A stretch of 64,000 bases of DNA from NCBI GenBank assembly GCA_000442015.1, contig KE561045.1:1-64000 (forward strand), in the 5' to 3' direction. A program made the position numbers and the translations under genes. Numbering within the stretch: position 1 is the stretch's first letter; the number at the start of each line of letters is the position of its first letter. This DNA comes from Rozella allomycis CSF55 (Eukaryota). Positions 42,003 to 57,512 of the stretch are shown piece after piece. The notes beneath the pieces were generated by a model. It saw only the letters and a list, made by a program, of their open reading frames with translations. It had not been told where the DNA came from and did no database searches.

Positions 42003-43476
42003 ATGGGATTATCAGAATATGAGAAAAAGCGACAAGAAAATTTAAAAAGAAATCAAGAGGTTCTAGCTGCCTTAAAAATTCCAGTTTTGGAATCTATAAA
42101 GCCGGAAGCACCCGCAAAAAAGCGTGTCAAATCAGAAGTTCAAGTTGTTGGGCCTCTTAGATATTCTCGCCGCCAAAGAAATCAAAAGGCTGATTTTTCC
42201 CACATAGATTTTAACAACAAATCTTCGAATGACAAAGAGAGCCTTGATCTTTTGGAAAGTTTGAAGAATATCAAAAAGGAACTGACCGGCGAAAAAAATG
42301 AAGGAAAAATAGAGGCATCTGAAGTAGACTTTAAAGAAATTTCGTCTAAGCTACCTAAAGAGTATTCAATTATTCCCAGAACAACACACTATTCTTCGAT
42401 ATCTGCGTGGACTGAAAAGATTGGAATTAATCCTTACAATTATGCCAAGGTAACGCCTTCCAGAGTCATGTCCATGGCATTTCACCCAAATCCAGAATCT
42501 CCTATAATATTTTGTGGTGATCGATACGGAAACGTTGGAATATTTAACGTAAATGAGTATTTCAACGAAAACGATGGAAAAGAAACGAAAGATTTAAATA
42601 GACAATCTGGAGTCACTTTGTTTAAACCCCATAAAGACACAATCTCATGTATAAAAATGCACAATCATTATAGACTTCAATTGTTTAGTAGTTCGTATGA
42701 TGGAACTTTACAAAAACACGACATTGAGAGTCAAAAAATGGAGAAAGTTGTAAATATAAAAAATAGCTCGATTACTTGGATGGATTTCAGCTTTGAAAGT
42801 CATGACTTGGTTGGATTTGCAACAAAGGACGGAAGAGTTGGGTTTACTGATTTGCGTGCAAAAACCGATAACACATCATTTTATCAGTAGCCTTACTTTA
42901 TTTATTAAAATTAGACTTCATGAGAGAAAAGTTGGATGCATTTCATTTAATCCCACAGATACGAACATTTTTGCCACGAGCTCTTTAGATGCGTCTGTGG
43001 CACTTTGGGACTTTAGAAATTTAAAGACAGATGTAGAGCTCAATGAAAAAATTTTATCCATACAATCTAGGCGGTCTGTTACTTCAGCTTTCTTTTGTCC
43101 ATTCAATGGTAACTTGCTTCTCACGACTTCCTACGACGATTCTATCAAACTCTACACTTCCATCTTAAATAATCGCGACTTTAATATAGAGCCAAAAGCA
43201 ATCATAGAGCATAACAACCAAACTGGACGTTGGATAACACCCTTTAGAGCCACTTGGGCACCATCAAGTTATGAAGATAAAGAACCTTGGTTTTATGTTG
43301 GAAACATGAATAAGAATTTAGATATTTTTTCCGGTGAAGATGGCAGTCTAATTTCAAGTGTAAATTCAGATGTCATGTCAGCTCAGCCTGCCGTAAATAT
43401 CTTGCATCCCACAAATTCATGGATGGCGAGTGGAACTGGGAGTGGAAAAGTTGCTTTATGGAAAGATTTGGACTAA
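42003..43476 (+). CDS. CMR1: WD40 DNA-damage-binding protein Cmr1/WDR76; 1 intron
   Basis: LSEYEKKRQENLKRN, KVTPSRVMSMAFHP, HNNQTGRWITPFRATW. Confidence 0.92.
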
Positions 43477-43530
43477 AAGTTTCGATTGATAATAAACTTC
43501 TTAGTATTTCAAATTTACTAAATTTACTTA

Positions 43531-44257
43531 ATGGTTAGATCAACGATTATTGCCCGAGTTGCCGACGGTTTACCTCTGGCTGCCAGCTTAGATGATGACG
43601 AGGTATTAGATTTGAAAATATATGATAAAAGCAAGAATTTTCCATCCATAAACAACAAGCAAAAGCGCTTTTAAAAAGACTAACTGAATCTACGGACCAA
43701 AGATGCTCAGTCGAAACAGGACCTTACGTATTTCAGTAAAACAAAAAAATTGTGGTTTTAGTTATTTGATTGAATTGAACGTATGCTATCTTTGCATCTG
43801 TGATCGATCATATCCCAAAAAATTGGCATTTAGCTACTTGGAAGAGCTACAAAAAGAATTTCAACAAAGTTTTGCGGACAGAATTGAAACTGTAGATCGT
43901 CCTTACGCCCTCATAAAGTTCGGTAACAGGATTATTCTATAATCATTAAAAGACACGTATATTCAAAAAGCAAAAAGAAATTATCAAGACGCAAGATCTC
44001 AAAGAAATGTTGAAAAATTGAATGAAGATTTACAAGACGTTACGAGAATCATGACGAAAAATATTCAAGATGTGCTGGGTCGCGGTGAAAGAATTGATAA
44101 GATGACTGAAATATCCTCAAAGCTATCAGAAGAATCTAAAAAATATGCAAAAGAAGCCAGAAATCTGAATTTAATGGCGATGTATCGAAAATACGGACCT
44201 CCCGCTATTGTGGTGTTTATCGTCCTGGTCGTACTTTATCTTTATTCAAAATTCTAA
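43531..44257 (+). CDS. SEC22: R-SNARE Sec22; 3 introns
   Basis: MVRSTIIARVADGLPLAAS, SYPKKLAFSYL, RPYALIKFD, LQDVTRIMTKNIQDVL.RGE, C-terminal TM. Confidence 0.97.
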
Positions 44258-44341
44258 ATAAAATATTAACATATGTTTTTAATTGAGTCAGACTATTTTC
44301 GCAGCCAAATGTTGACCAAGCCACACTATTTTTTGTTTAAA

Positions 44342-46635
44342 ATGGGAAAGAAGAGAACTCAGGATGTTTATTCTGATGAAGAGGATTTAGAAATAACAAA
44401 AGATGATCTACTTGACGCTGAAATCGACTCTGAAGATGATGAAGAGATAGAAGAAGATCTCGCATTTGACGAAGAAGACGAAGAGCGATATGGAATGTAT
44501 TTTTCTAAATCTAATAAAAATGATTCTGATGAAGAAAGTGATGATGAGGATATTGACGAAGACGTAAGACATTTGGCTAGTTTAATAATAGTTGGACGAT
44601 GGGGCTATAGACATATCTGAACTTCTTGGAAAGGATAAAGATGTGGTTCAGTATCCCAAAGTAGACGATGATTTGGATTCAGATCCAGAAGATACTGAAG
44701 CGGCAGAAAAATTGGTAAATTTTGTGGCTAATTTGGATAATGAAAATCCGGTGTGTGAAGATAAGACTGAAAAGAAACTAAATATTGAATCTTTGTTGTC
44801 TGCTTTTAGCGGTGAATCTTTTGGTGGAAATTTAATAAAAAAAGTTCAATCCTTGGAGTCTAAACAAAAGTCTTTGGTGGTTGATGCACCATTGGCACCT
44901 AGAATTCAAAACAGAATTGATAGACAAGTTGCTTACGAAGATCAACAAAGGAATATGAATAAGTGGACTGGAATTATTCAACAGAATCGAAAAGCGGATG
45001 TTTTGGATTTTACCAAAAGAGAACAACGCATAAATTTGAGTAGTGCATCGTTAGCAGCTACATTCCAACCTCAAAATGATATGGAGAAAGAGATTCAAAG
45101 TGCCCTTGAAGCTCATGGCTTGACTGAAGAACAGATCAGAAAAGGAGAAGAGTTAGAAATGCGTGAGATGGACATTGAAGAAGTTAGACAGAAAAGGGCT
45201 GAATTGCAAAAGCTTCGATCCTTAATGTTTTTCCAAGAACAAAAATTGAAGCGAATTTCGAAAATTAAATCTAAAAAATATCGAAAAATCCTTAAAAAGG
45301 AAAAATTGCGACAACTTGAAAAGGAGGGTGTTCTTGAGGATGATGATAGAATGGAGAAAGAGATTGAAAGGGCAAGAGAAAGAATGACATTGAGACATCG
45401 TAGCAACAACAAATGGGTAAAGAATGGAATGAAGATGAATAACCCTGGTCACAACAAGGCGGCATTAGAGGCGCAGTTGAGAAGAGCGGATGAATTAGAA
45501 AGGAAGATTAAAGGAAATGAATCTGAAGAAGAAAGTGAAACAGAAATTATGGAAAGCATTCAGAAAATGGACGAGGAGTTACCCCAAAAAGGAATATTTG
45601 CTATGAAGTTTATGCGTGATGCTGCCATACGCGAAAGACAAGAAGCCATGAAATCATTGAATGAAGATGATAATATAGAAGAAGAAACTGGAAATGTTAA
45701 AAAGATTCAAAATAATCCTGGTAGAGTTCAAGTGAAGGCAAAGTCAGCGGTAAGGGAAAAAGAGAATGGAAGTGTAAATGTGTCATCCAAAGCACATGTT
45801 ACAGTTGTACCTCAAAATATTTCAATCAAGCCTTTATTGCCTACAGTGTCCTTTGATGATGAAATGGATGACGATGTAATAAAATTTGATGAGGAATCTT
45901 TTCATTCAATTAAAAAAGATGATAAAAAGGAGACCCGAAATCAAAGCGATTCTCAAAACCCCTGGCTTGAACAAGTCAATGCGCCACTTCAAAAATCAAA
46001 ACTTAAAAAAGAGCAACGAAAAGACATTGAGCCAAAAGAAATACCAATAAATGGTAAAAATTATTTGTTTAAAATAATAGTTAATATTTCAGAATCGATT
46101 GATGAATCAAATTTGCTTCGCCCACAAATCAATCAAAAAGATCTTGTCATGGAAGCGTTTGCCAATGATGATGTTGTTCAAGAATTTGAAAATGAAAAAG
46201 AAGAGATTATGAAAGATGAAGAGTCAAAGGAGGTTGATGAAACGTTGCCTGGATGGGACTCGTGGGGTGGAAGTGGCATTGAAGCACCAAAAAGAAAGAA
46301 GATTAAGAAAATTGAAGGAATTGATCGCGATGAAAGAAAAGATTCCAAACTAAAGCACGTCATTATTAATGAAAAGAAGTGCAAAGGCGTAAATTCAGTT
46401 AATGATGTTTAACATAGGCTGCCAAGTACATGGTCGACAAAGTTCCCTATCCCTTCCAGACAAGAGAACAATATGAAAGGTCTCTGCAACTGCCGATGGG
46501 CAAAGAATGGATGACAACACTGACATTTCAAAAACTTGTCAAACCAAAAGTAATCTTATCAAAATTCTTTATTGCTAGGTTATCACTCATTCAGGTATTG
46601 TTATTGATCCCATTAAATACACACCTAAAAAATAA
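44342..46635 (+). CDS. UTP14: U3 snoRNP protein Utp14; ~4 introns
   Basis: RIDRQVAYE, RISKIKSKKYR, RARERMTLRH, LPGWDSWGG, PYPFQTREQYERSL. Confidence 0.93.
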
Positions 46636-46746
46636 ACTTTTCAAATCTAATCATCAATACTTACTTATATTTATCATATATAGCTAGCTCAAATTCTATA
46701 ATATCTGTTTTCTAATTTTCAATTTCGTGTCAACCCTGGAAATTCA

Positions 46747-48450
<1,704 letters not shown>

Positions 48451-48483
48451 TAAATTTAGTTTTTACAATACATAAATACAGCT

Positions 48484-49566
48484 TTATTTACTTAAAGGCT
48501 TTACTTGAAGTTGAGAAACTATCATTGTCAACTTATCTACTCCTTGAGGAACAACTTTTCCAGCATTTTTGGACCAGCTGGGTTCAATCGCATAGTTTAA
48601 TATAAACCTAAACTTTCTCAAATTAAATGGCCAATCATTTTTGTTTCCAGTATTGGGATTATTAATTTCATGGGATTTTGTACCATCGCAAAAGAAGGTC
48701 AACCTATCCGGTGTTTTTTCGACTGCAAAAATCATAGGTTTGTTGGGCTGTATCGCACATTTGCTCGCAACACAATCGCATTTATCTCTATTTTTCGCTC
48801 CATAATGTGCTCCTTGGTTAACGGCAATTTGTCCCCATCCTTGATTATATTCGAAAATATCAATCTCTCCATCATATGGCCAATGAAAAGAATCATTTCC
48901 ATCTCCACCTGGTAACATCCATACAGCAGGAAACGCTCCTGGTACGGTCTCTGTCAAAGTTACTGTGGCTTCAAAACGTCCATAATCAAAGCCAACATTG
49001 GATTTTATTCTTGGTGCATACCATCTGCCATTTTTTCTTATTGCATGCAGATAAAGGCTACCATTCTTACTGTATATAACGTCGGGACTATCAGTATAGT
49101 CTTGAGCTTCTCCGTTACCATCCCGCCCCGTTTCTGCGGTCCAAATATCAAAACACCAATCAGACTTTTGAAAGTTTGCAAGATTTGCTGACCACGTACT
49201 ATAGCTATCGCTAGAATTAACTGGTGCTGGCGGCGCGTTATTTTGATTTGCATCTTGTTTTGAATTATCCTGATTTGTAGGAGATACTGGAGGGGTATTG
49301 GATGCAGGCGTGTTACTTGGAGGGGTGTTGGAAGCTGGCGGGGGTTCGGATTGCCTTTGAACTTGATTTCCGTTGGTATTTTGTTCAGTACTTGATGATA
49401 TCGCCTGTGGTTTTGTATTCCTTTGTTCTGCGATAAAATCGTTTACAAGTCGAACAATTTTCTGGACATCCTTAGATGACAGTCCATTGAATAATTCGTC
49501 AATATTGAATTGATACGAAATATTCAAAGCAAACATCACCAGTACTATTTTAGCGAAAAACTCCAT
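48484..49566 (-). CDS. Secreted GH16 glycoside hydrolase (beta-1,3-glucanase-like) with P/S/N-rich linker, intronless
   Basis: Signal peptide MEFFAKIVLVMFAL; GAFPAVWML; WPYDGEIDIFE catalytic motif; WPF...FILNYAI. Confidence 0.88.
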   Translation of the reverse strand: MEFFAKIVLVMFALNISYQFNIDELFNGLSSKDVQKIVRLVNDFIAEQRNTKPQAISSSTEQNTNGNQVQRQSEPPPASNTPPSNTPASNTPPVSPTNQDNSKQDANQNNAPPAPVNSSDSYSTWSANLANFQKSDWCFDIWTAETGRDGNGEAQDYTDSPDVIYSKNGSLYLHAIRKNGRWYAPRIKSNVGFDYGRFEATVTLTETVPGAFPAVWMLPGGDGNDSFHWPYDGEIDIFEYNQGWGQIAVNQGAHYGAKNRDKCDCVASKCAIQPNKPMIFAVEKTPDRLTFFCDGTKSHEINNPNTGNKNDWPFNLRKFRFILNYAIEPSWSKNAGKVVPQGVDKLTMIVSQLQVKPLSK

Positions 49567-49899
49567 TCTGTGTAAAACAGGAGTAACCAGGGAACATGTT
49601 ATATATAGCATCAGTTTGCTATTCAAATTGCATCGCTCGCATTGATAATGCTATTTTGACAGACTAATTCCCTGAATTATTTGGAGACTAACTGTAAATT
49701 TGTTTACTTGCAAAAAACACCACGAACAATTCTAGTCTTGGCAAGTTGGCGAAAACTTGATGTAATCTATTCAGCGGAATCACCAGATAAAGGACATTCA
49801 AACAAAGATCTTGATTGTTTTTATAACAATAGAATTCTCTAAATATCAGTGACAATTTTACGAAATCTTTTTGTTTGACTGAGCCACCAGAAAATACCC

Positions 49900-50856
49900 A
49901 TGACGCAATACAGCTGCGCTGTCTGCGGCGGTCCAGCATCCTCAGTCTGTAGCCAATGCAAGAAAATGCCTTACTGCTCAGTCATCTGTCAAAAGAAGGA
50001 TTGGCTATCTCACAAAAATAGCCACAAAATACCTAATTTACTCATTTACCCGGATCATGCGAAATGGACTCCTGATGAAATCATAAAATCTTTCAAGGAG
50101 CATGGCTATATCATTATTAAGCTCTTAAACAAGGAAAACCAACATCTGCTGCGTGAAATTGATAAAGCTAGAGCAAAGCTCTTTGAGTATCCAGTGGAAA
50201 CCGTGAGAAAAGAATTACATCTGCCTGATACAACGAAAGATGCTTGCTACATAGCTGGAAGTAACCTTCAAATGGTGGATATACGTCCATACGACAAAAT
50301 GACAAAAATATTGCCTGATCCATCTGTGTTAGTGCCTGGTTTTAAGGATATCTTTTTTCAATGTTTAAATTTCTTTAGTGAAATTTGCATTAAATTAACT
50401 GAATTGGTATTTGAAAAGGTGCCTACGGTTAAAATATTTGGCTGTTCAATTGCCAATGGTGGTGACTTGAGTTTCTGCAGAATGTTGAATTATGTTAAGG
50501 CTGGAGAATTGTTCCCACCTCATGTTGATAACGGTTTCTTTACTGTATCTACTAAATCTACATCAACGGGTTTGGCTGTTAAGAATCCGTTGACTGGAGA
50601 GTATGTCTATCCAGAGATGCTTATGACTGAAAATGACTTGGTTGTTATTGCAGGACAAATCATGGAAGGGTATACTAAAGGAATAATCAAAGCAACTCGG
50701 CACGCTGTTTTTGTTCAAACCCCTCCTAGGCAAACCACTCTCTTTAGTATCCATGTTGGTGGAAGTGTTTTTGGAATGATGGGAACAGAACCTGATGAAG
50801 ACGAAAAATTTGAAATGTTTATGCGCAAATATGAGCCAAAGCAGGTTGATTTCTGA
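49900..50856 (+). CDS. MYND zinc finger + 2OG-Fe(II) dioxygenase (IPNS-like fold), intronless
   Basis: CAVC..CSQC..YCS..CQKKDW..H; RMLNY, HVD, ATRHAV and R co-substrate residue. Confidence 0.8.
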   Translation: MTQYSCAVCGGPASSVCSQCKKMPYCSVICQKKDWLSHKNSHKIPNLLIYPDHAKWTPDEIIKSFKEHGYIIIKLLNKENQHLLREIDKARAKLFEYPVETVRKELHLPDTTKDACYIAGSNLQMVDIRPYDKMTKILPDPSVLVPGFKDIFFQCLNFFSEICIKLTELVFEKVPTVKIFGCSIANGGDLSFCRMLNYVKAGELFPPHVDNGFFTVSTKSTSTGLAVKNPLTGEYVYPEMLMTENDLVVIAGQIMEGYTKGIIKATRHAVFVQTPPRQTTLFSIHVGGSVFGMMGTEPDEDEKFEMFMRKYEPKQVDF

Positions 50857-51006
50857 AACTAAATAAAATCCATTTGCTTGTTTTAATCCACGTTTCCAAT
50901 TTTCTTAATTACATTTATTAAAGTAAATGATTTCTTTTAAATAACATTCACTCTTCCATTGTTTGTATGTTTTTAATATGCCAAAAAATTATACAAAGAT
51001 CATTCT

Positions 51007-53585
51007 TTAATATTTATTTGCATCCATTAATGTAGCTTTTGCCCTCAGGCTATATTCCTCCCTTTCCCTTGCTATTTTTATATATCGAGGGATGTCGGGA
51101 ATAATCCATTGAATAAACAACTTCACAAGAATAACAAGATGCTTTTTAAATGGGGTATTAAGTAGCTTACCTCAAAAAATAGAATGAACAGTAATCTAGC
51201 GGCAAGTATTCCGTTGGCATCATCTCTTACAAATTGTTTAAACACATTATCCAAATTTGAAAATGTTTCAATATTTTACTAGAAGCCATTGAGAAGAAAA
51301 TGCTATCAATGTAGCATTTGTTATCACTGAAAGATAGCTAATTGTTTGAAGAAATTTCAACCACACGCCTTGAAAATGTATTTTAACAATTCATACCTAT
51401 ATCTTGTGCTCTAAATGGAATGGGCCTTTTGCATGCAAATAGCAATAAATGGAAAATGTTCGTCTTACCATTTTCTTTGATGTTGTTCTAATTTCGAGAA
51501 TGTTATTTAAAAATGAAAAGAGAGGAGCTAATGGAAACGCAATACTGAAAAATGATATGAATCCAAATTGAATAACTAAAATTCATCAATAACGCAGAAT
51601 TGATTACTGGTAGCTTTGTACTCTTGTAAAAATGAAACAGGTTCTAGTAATGTCGAATCTTTAATGTATGAAACTTCTTGTGGATCCTTCAAAGGAATAA
51701 CTTTATCAGAGGCGAATTTATTTCTAATGTATGGCAAAATGAATCTCTATGGTCGTACGAATGTGATTACGGCAAAAAATAATTAAGAAATTGATTGTAG
51801 AACTGATTCCCAATAAAAAGCGTCACTAGCTGAAACATAAGATCAATCAAGCATGAATCCGTACAAGTGTCATTCCACTCATGATTTCCAAAAATTGCCT
51901 TTCCCCATGCCTCTTTAAAGTAGCCGATGTAGAAGAGAGATGAATATGAATTGATAAAGTCAAACAAAAATAACTTCAAAATAAGCGAGTCTTCAAATTG
52001 AGTATCAGTTTTGTGGTTTTCCCATTTTGTTAGCAACAATGAAATTCTTGCGTAAACCTTATATAGTTTTCAATTCAAAATTACTGAAGACAAAAGAATA
52101 ATTGACATAAGGTTAAACAAAGATGCTATAAAATTTGACAAGTATCCATTGTAGCCATTTTTTAAACTTAATGCTCTAATCCATGCTCGAAAGACAATTA
52201 TCCCGGTAACTGAAATCAAAACGATGGCAACCTTTTCGAAAACCACCTTAATTTTTACACACAGCAAAATGATCATCAAGGAAAATGTTATTTTTGCATT
52301 CATGAGCCATTCTGGATAATAGTCTTCAGTTTTCCCAGTGATTAGACTTATCCTTGTTTTAGTTGGTTTCCATTCTGGTCTAGTTATTTCCTGGAAAAAA
52401 AGTAGGAATTAATTTACTTCCTTTTCGAAATCCTGCGTTCCCCAATTATATGAGAGTTCGTTACTTTTTCTTTTCCACATTTCAGTAAGTATAGTCGACC
52501 AAATAGAAACAAGAAAAGAAAAAACAATGGTTAACTCGTTATCAAACAGCTTTCCAAATTTAAAATCTTTATCTTTTATCATCTTATAAACCCCAAATGC
52601 AAAAACAAAAATACCAATAATGGTTATAAAAAGCAATGATGTCGTGTAAAAGCCTTGCATGATGCATTGTTTGATTAAGATTACCAATCCAAGCATAAAA
52701 CAATGCTGCCTTTTCCCCGAAATATGATCTCACAAGATTTAATGGTTGCCTTAACGGATTCGGTGACCAACAAGAGGAAAGCATTTTTCTATCATCATGG
52801 GGGACATAATACGTTTCTATAAGTTTAAGTGATTTCAAATCGTTCAACCGCAGCCTTTTCTTTCCATATGAAATTTCCACTTTTTTAATCGAATCGTAGA
52901 CGACCAAGCTTCGAATACGAGAATCAAGCAAATGCTCTTTGGAATTTACCGACTCTGTCTTCTGAATAATAGGATCTTGATGTAACTTGTAATTTAGCTA
53001 TACTTTACATTACGAGTCGATCATTCAAATTCATATTCAATCTTTTTACCCCAATTTTAACCAGATCAAAAGGCATGAATATTTTCGCAAAGTATTTCCT
53101 CATGTTTAATTCTTCGATTACCTCTATAACGACATTTTCATTCGCAACAATTGTTTTAAAATATTCATCTCTTTGTTTCATTTTATCATCATCATTTTGA
53201 TTGTTAGGAAACAACATCACCAAATCTGGCAAACAATCATGCAACAGACAACTGATAACTGCATCGGCACCTGCTTCGTGGTCTCATAAATTGTCTAATT
53301 AATCATTACTGTATTTTTGCTTTAATATGACAAGATCGTAATTAGATAACGTGTTTTCCGCATCGGGGTCAACTCCATTCAATTTGAGCTCATTTAAAAT
53401 ATTTGTTAGAGTATCTTGATATGTGACGGGATATATTATTTTTCTTTGACTTGATAGTGTCAACTCTGCAGTCATAAATGTTTTGATTATCTCTGTAACC
53501 AATAATTTAATCAACAAACCACCCCAGTGATTCAGTGACAGTGTCTGAACACCTCATTAGCTAATATCGGTTAAGAAATAATACA
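51007..53585 (-). CDS. Anoctamin/TMEM16 channel-scramblase; ~14 introns including two GT-TG; 5' end uncertain
   Basis: QPLNLVRSYFGEKAALFYAW, LTKWENHKT..FEDSLILKLFLFDFINSYSSLFYI, IQFGFISFFSIAFPLAP, EIR...KRP...AQDIG.W. Confidence 0.9.
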
Positions 53586-53674
53586 ATCATTAAATTTATT
53601 GAATCTCTTGGGCACCGGTATACGAGAATTTCGATCCAGAATTAACTTTTATTCTTTTCTTCAAAGNTCCAGAT

Positions 53675-53944
53675 TTAAACTTTATTCTTTTCTTCAAAGT
53701 ACTTTTCAACATGACTTGGAACATTTATCCGAAAGACCGATTTATCTTTGATTATTTCATATTTCTTTTCTCCCTGCCTCATGAGATGTTCAATAGTATT
53801 AATTTGCGTTCTTGGAATATTGCGATTGATGTCAAATTCATAACGTATCGCTTTTTGGAATTCTTGCTGGAACTCTCTTGGTTTTGAATGTACAACCCTA
53901 ACAAGTTTTCGATAAAGTGCCAAAACGTCATTCTTTATGGTCAT
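53675..53944 (-). CDS. SDH6: LYR-motif succinate dehydrogenase assembly factor (Sdh6/SDHAF1-like)
   Basis: VLALYRKLVR..HSKP...IRYEF...IPRTQINTIEHLMRQG.KK. Confidence 0.75.
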   Translation of the reverse strand: MTIKNDVLALYRKLVRVVHSKPREFQQEFQKAIRYEFDINRNIPRTQINTIEHLMRQGEKKYEIIKDKSVFRINVPSHVEKYFEEKNKV

Positions 53945-54337
53945 CTGAATAATTGAATTTCGTAATGAAATTTTTGCCTCTTTATTCAAAAATCATAAAA
54001 AAATATTTTCAGTGTGAGTGTGCATACATTTCGTAAGCTAATAAATATGCTTCAAAGTCCAAACGTTCCATTAAACCCCAAAAGGCACAATTTTAAAGTC
54101 ACTTACGCTCCCCAACTCCAAAGCAATCCATTGAAAATCTAAAACAACATCATAATTTACTTACTGGATTTGCGCATTACCAATCCGGTTTTTTCGGACT
54201 CGACGTATTTCGTAAGTGAAGATTCCGAGAAAGATATGCGCGTTTATTTAAATCCCTTTAAATTTCATAATCAAACAATTTTGTGTTTTCGAAAATTTTC
54301 GTGTTGTAGAATCGGGCAAAGTTCCAATTTTCAAGGA

Positions 54338-56181
<1,844 letters not shown>

Positions 56182-56226
56182 ACTTTTTCTATTAAGCATT
56201 CATTATAATTGTGCTTTATATTTTAT

Positions 56227-57330
56227 TCACATGATAATGCAACTATCTGGACTCTTTTTCTCATTCTTCAAATGATACTTTCCTTTCTTTATTTCTTTCA
56301 GTCTTTCCGCTGCTCTTTGATATCCTTGCGCTGCTGAACGTGAATACCATCGTTTCGCTTCTTCTATATCAGGCTTCACCCCAATCCCTTTTTCAGAAAA
56401 GTATCCCACTGCATATTCCGCTTTTGCATTCTTTTGATCCGCAGCCTTTCTTGCGTAAACGTAGGCATCAGTGTCCGATTGTTTCAGAACTCCTTCAACT
56501 CCAGTCAAATACCACCCAGACAATGCAAGTTCAGCATCAGAATAGTGTTGATCTGCCGCCTTTTTGTAATTCTCAATCGATTGTTGCGGATCAACAGAAC
56601 ATCCTAACTGTCCATATTCGTAAAAACATCCAACCTTATAAAGCGATGGCGCATAGCCTTGTTCTGCCGCCTTTTTATACAATTCTAGGGCATATGACTC
56701 ATCTTGCAGAACAGCGGGGCAGTTTGGTGTCTCATAACATGCTGCTAAATCATGCAGTGCCTGCGGATTGTCGGACATATTTACAGTTCTTTTTAACCAT
56801 GTAACACCTTCCTTTGGATTTTTTGGTTGTCCAAGCCAGCCATTTAGCAATATCATACCCAGCTTGTGCATTGACAATGGGTCACCAAGAGAAGCTGCTT
56901 TGCGATAAAAGTTCACCGCTCTCCCAAAATCTTTCTTCGTTCCAGCACCCAATTCATAACATACTCCAACTCGATATGTTGCTGCAGGATGGTTCTGCTT
57001 ACTTCCCTGCAAATAATACCCGAAAGCCTTATCATGACTAATGGAGAGCCCATATAAACCTTTTCCGAACGCCTCTGCAAGAAAGAAATGAGCTTCAGGG
57101 AACGACACCTTTCCCGCGTTCTGCGTTGTTAATTTCCGAACAATTTTAATAGCTTCTTGTTGCAATGCGCTTTTTGCCTTTGGATCTGATAGAGCTTCAG
57201 AAGCGTCAATAAGATAATTTGCAAAATCAAACTGTACTTGAGGATCATTGCTCTTCAGTGCATTATTACGATACTGTTCTAACGTCTGATTAAAGTTTTG
57301 CGTAATTCGAGCCGGAGACGTGCTTGGCAT
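56227..57330 (-). CDS. Sel1-repeat chitin synthase activator (Chs4/Skt5-like), intronless
   Basis: DPQVQFDFANYL, YRVGVCYELG.GT, ELALSGWYLTGVEGVL.QSD..AY. Confidence 0.85.
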   Translation of the reverse strand: MPSTSPARITQNFNQTLEQYRNNALKSNDPQVQFDFANYLIDASEALSDPKAKSALQQEAIKIVRKLTTQNAGKVSFPEAHFFLAEAFGKGLYGLSISHDKAFGYYLQGSKQNHPAATYRVGVCYELGAGTKKDFGRAVNFYRKAASLGDPLSMHKLGMILLNGWLGQPKNPKEGVTWLKRTVNMSDNPQALHDLAACYETPNCPAVLQDESYALELYKKAAEQGYAPSLYKVGCFYEYGQLGCSVDPQQSIENYKKAADQHYSDAELALSGWYLTGVEGVLKQSDTDAYVYARKAADQKNAKAEYAVGYFSEKGIGVKPDIEEAKRWYSRSAAQGYQRAAERLKEIKKGKYHLKNEKKSPDSCIIM

Positions 57331-57512
57331 ATTTTGTAGAAATCAGACCGGTCGGAGTTTTAATTAATCGGGATTCTTTCGAAATGTCAAAACTCTTTTA
57401 AATTTAATCTCAAAGCATCCTTTCTTGTTTTGACGTTTAATTTTATTCCTTTTGGAGTCTTACACGAATTTGTGTCACTATAACATAAAATCGCATTATA
57501 ATTGGGTTCATT

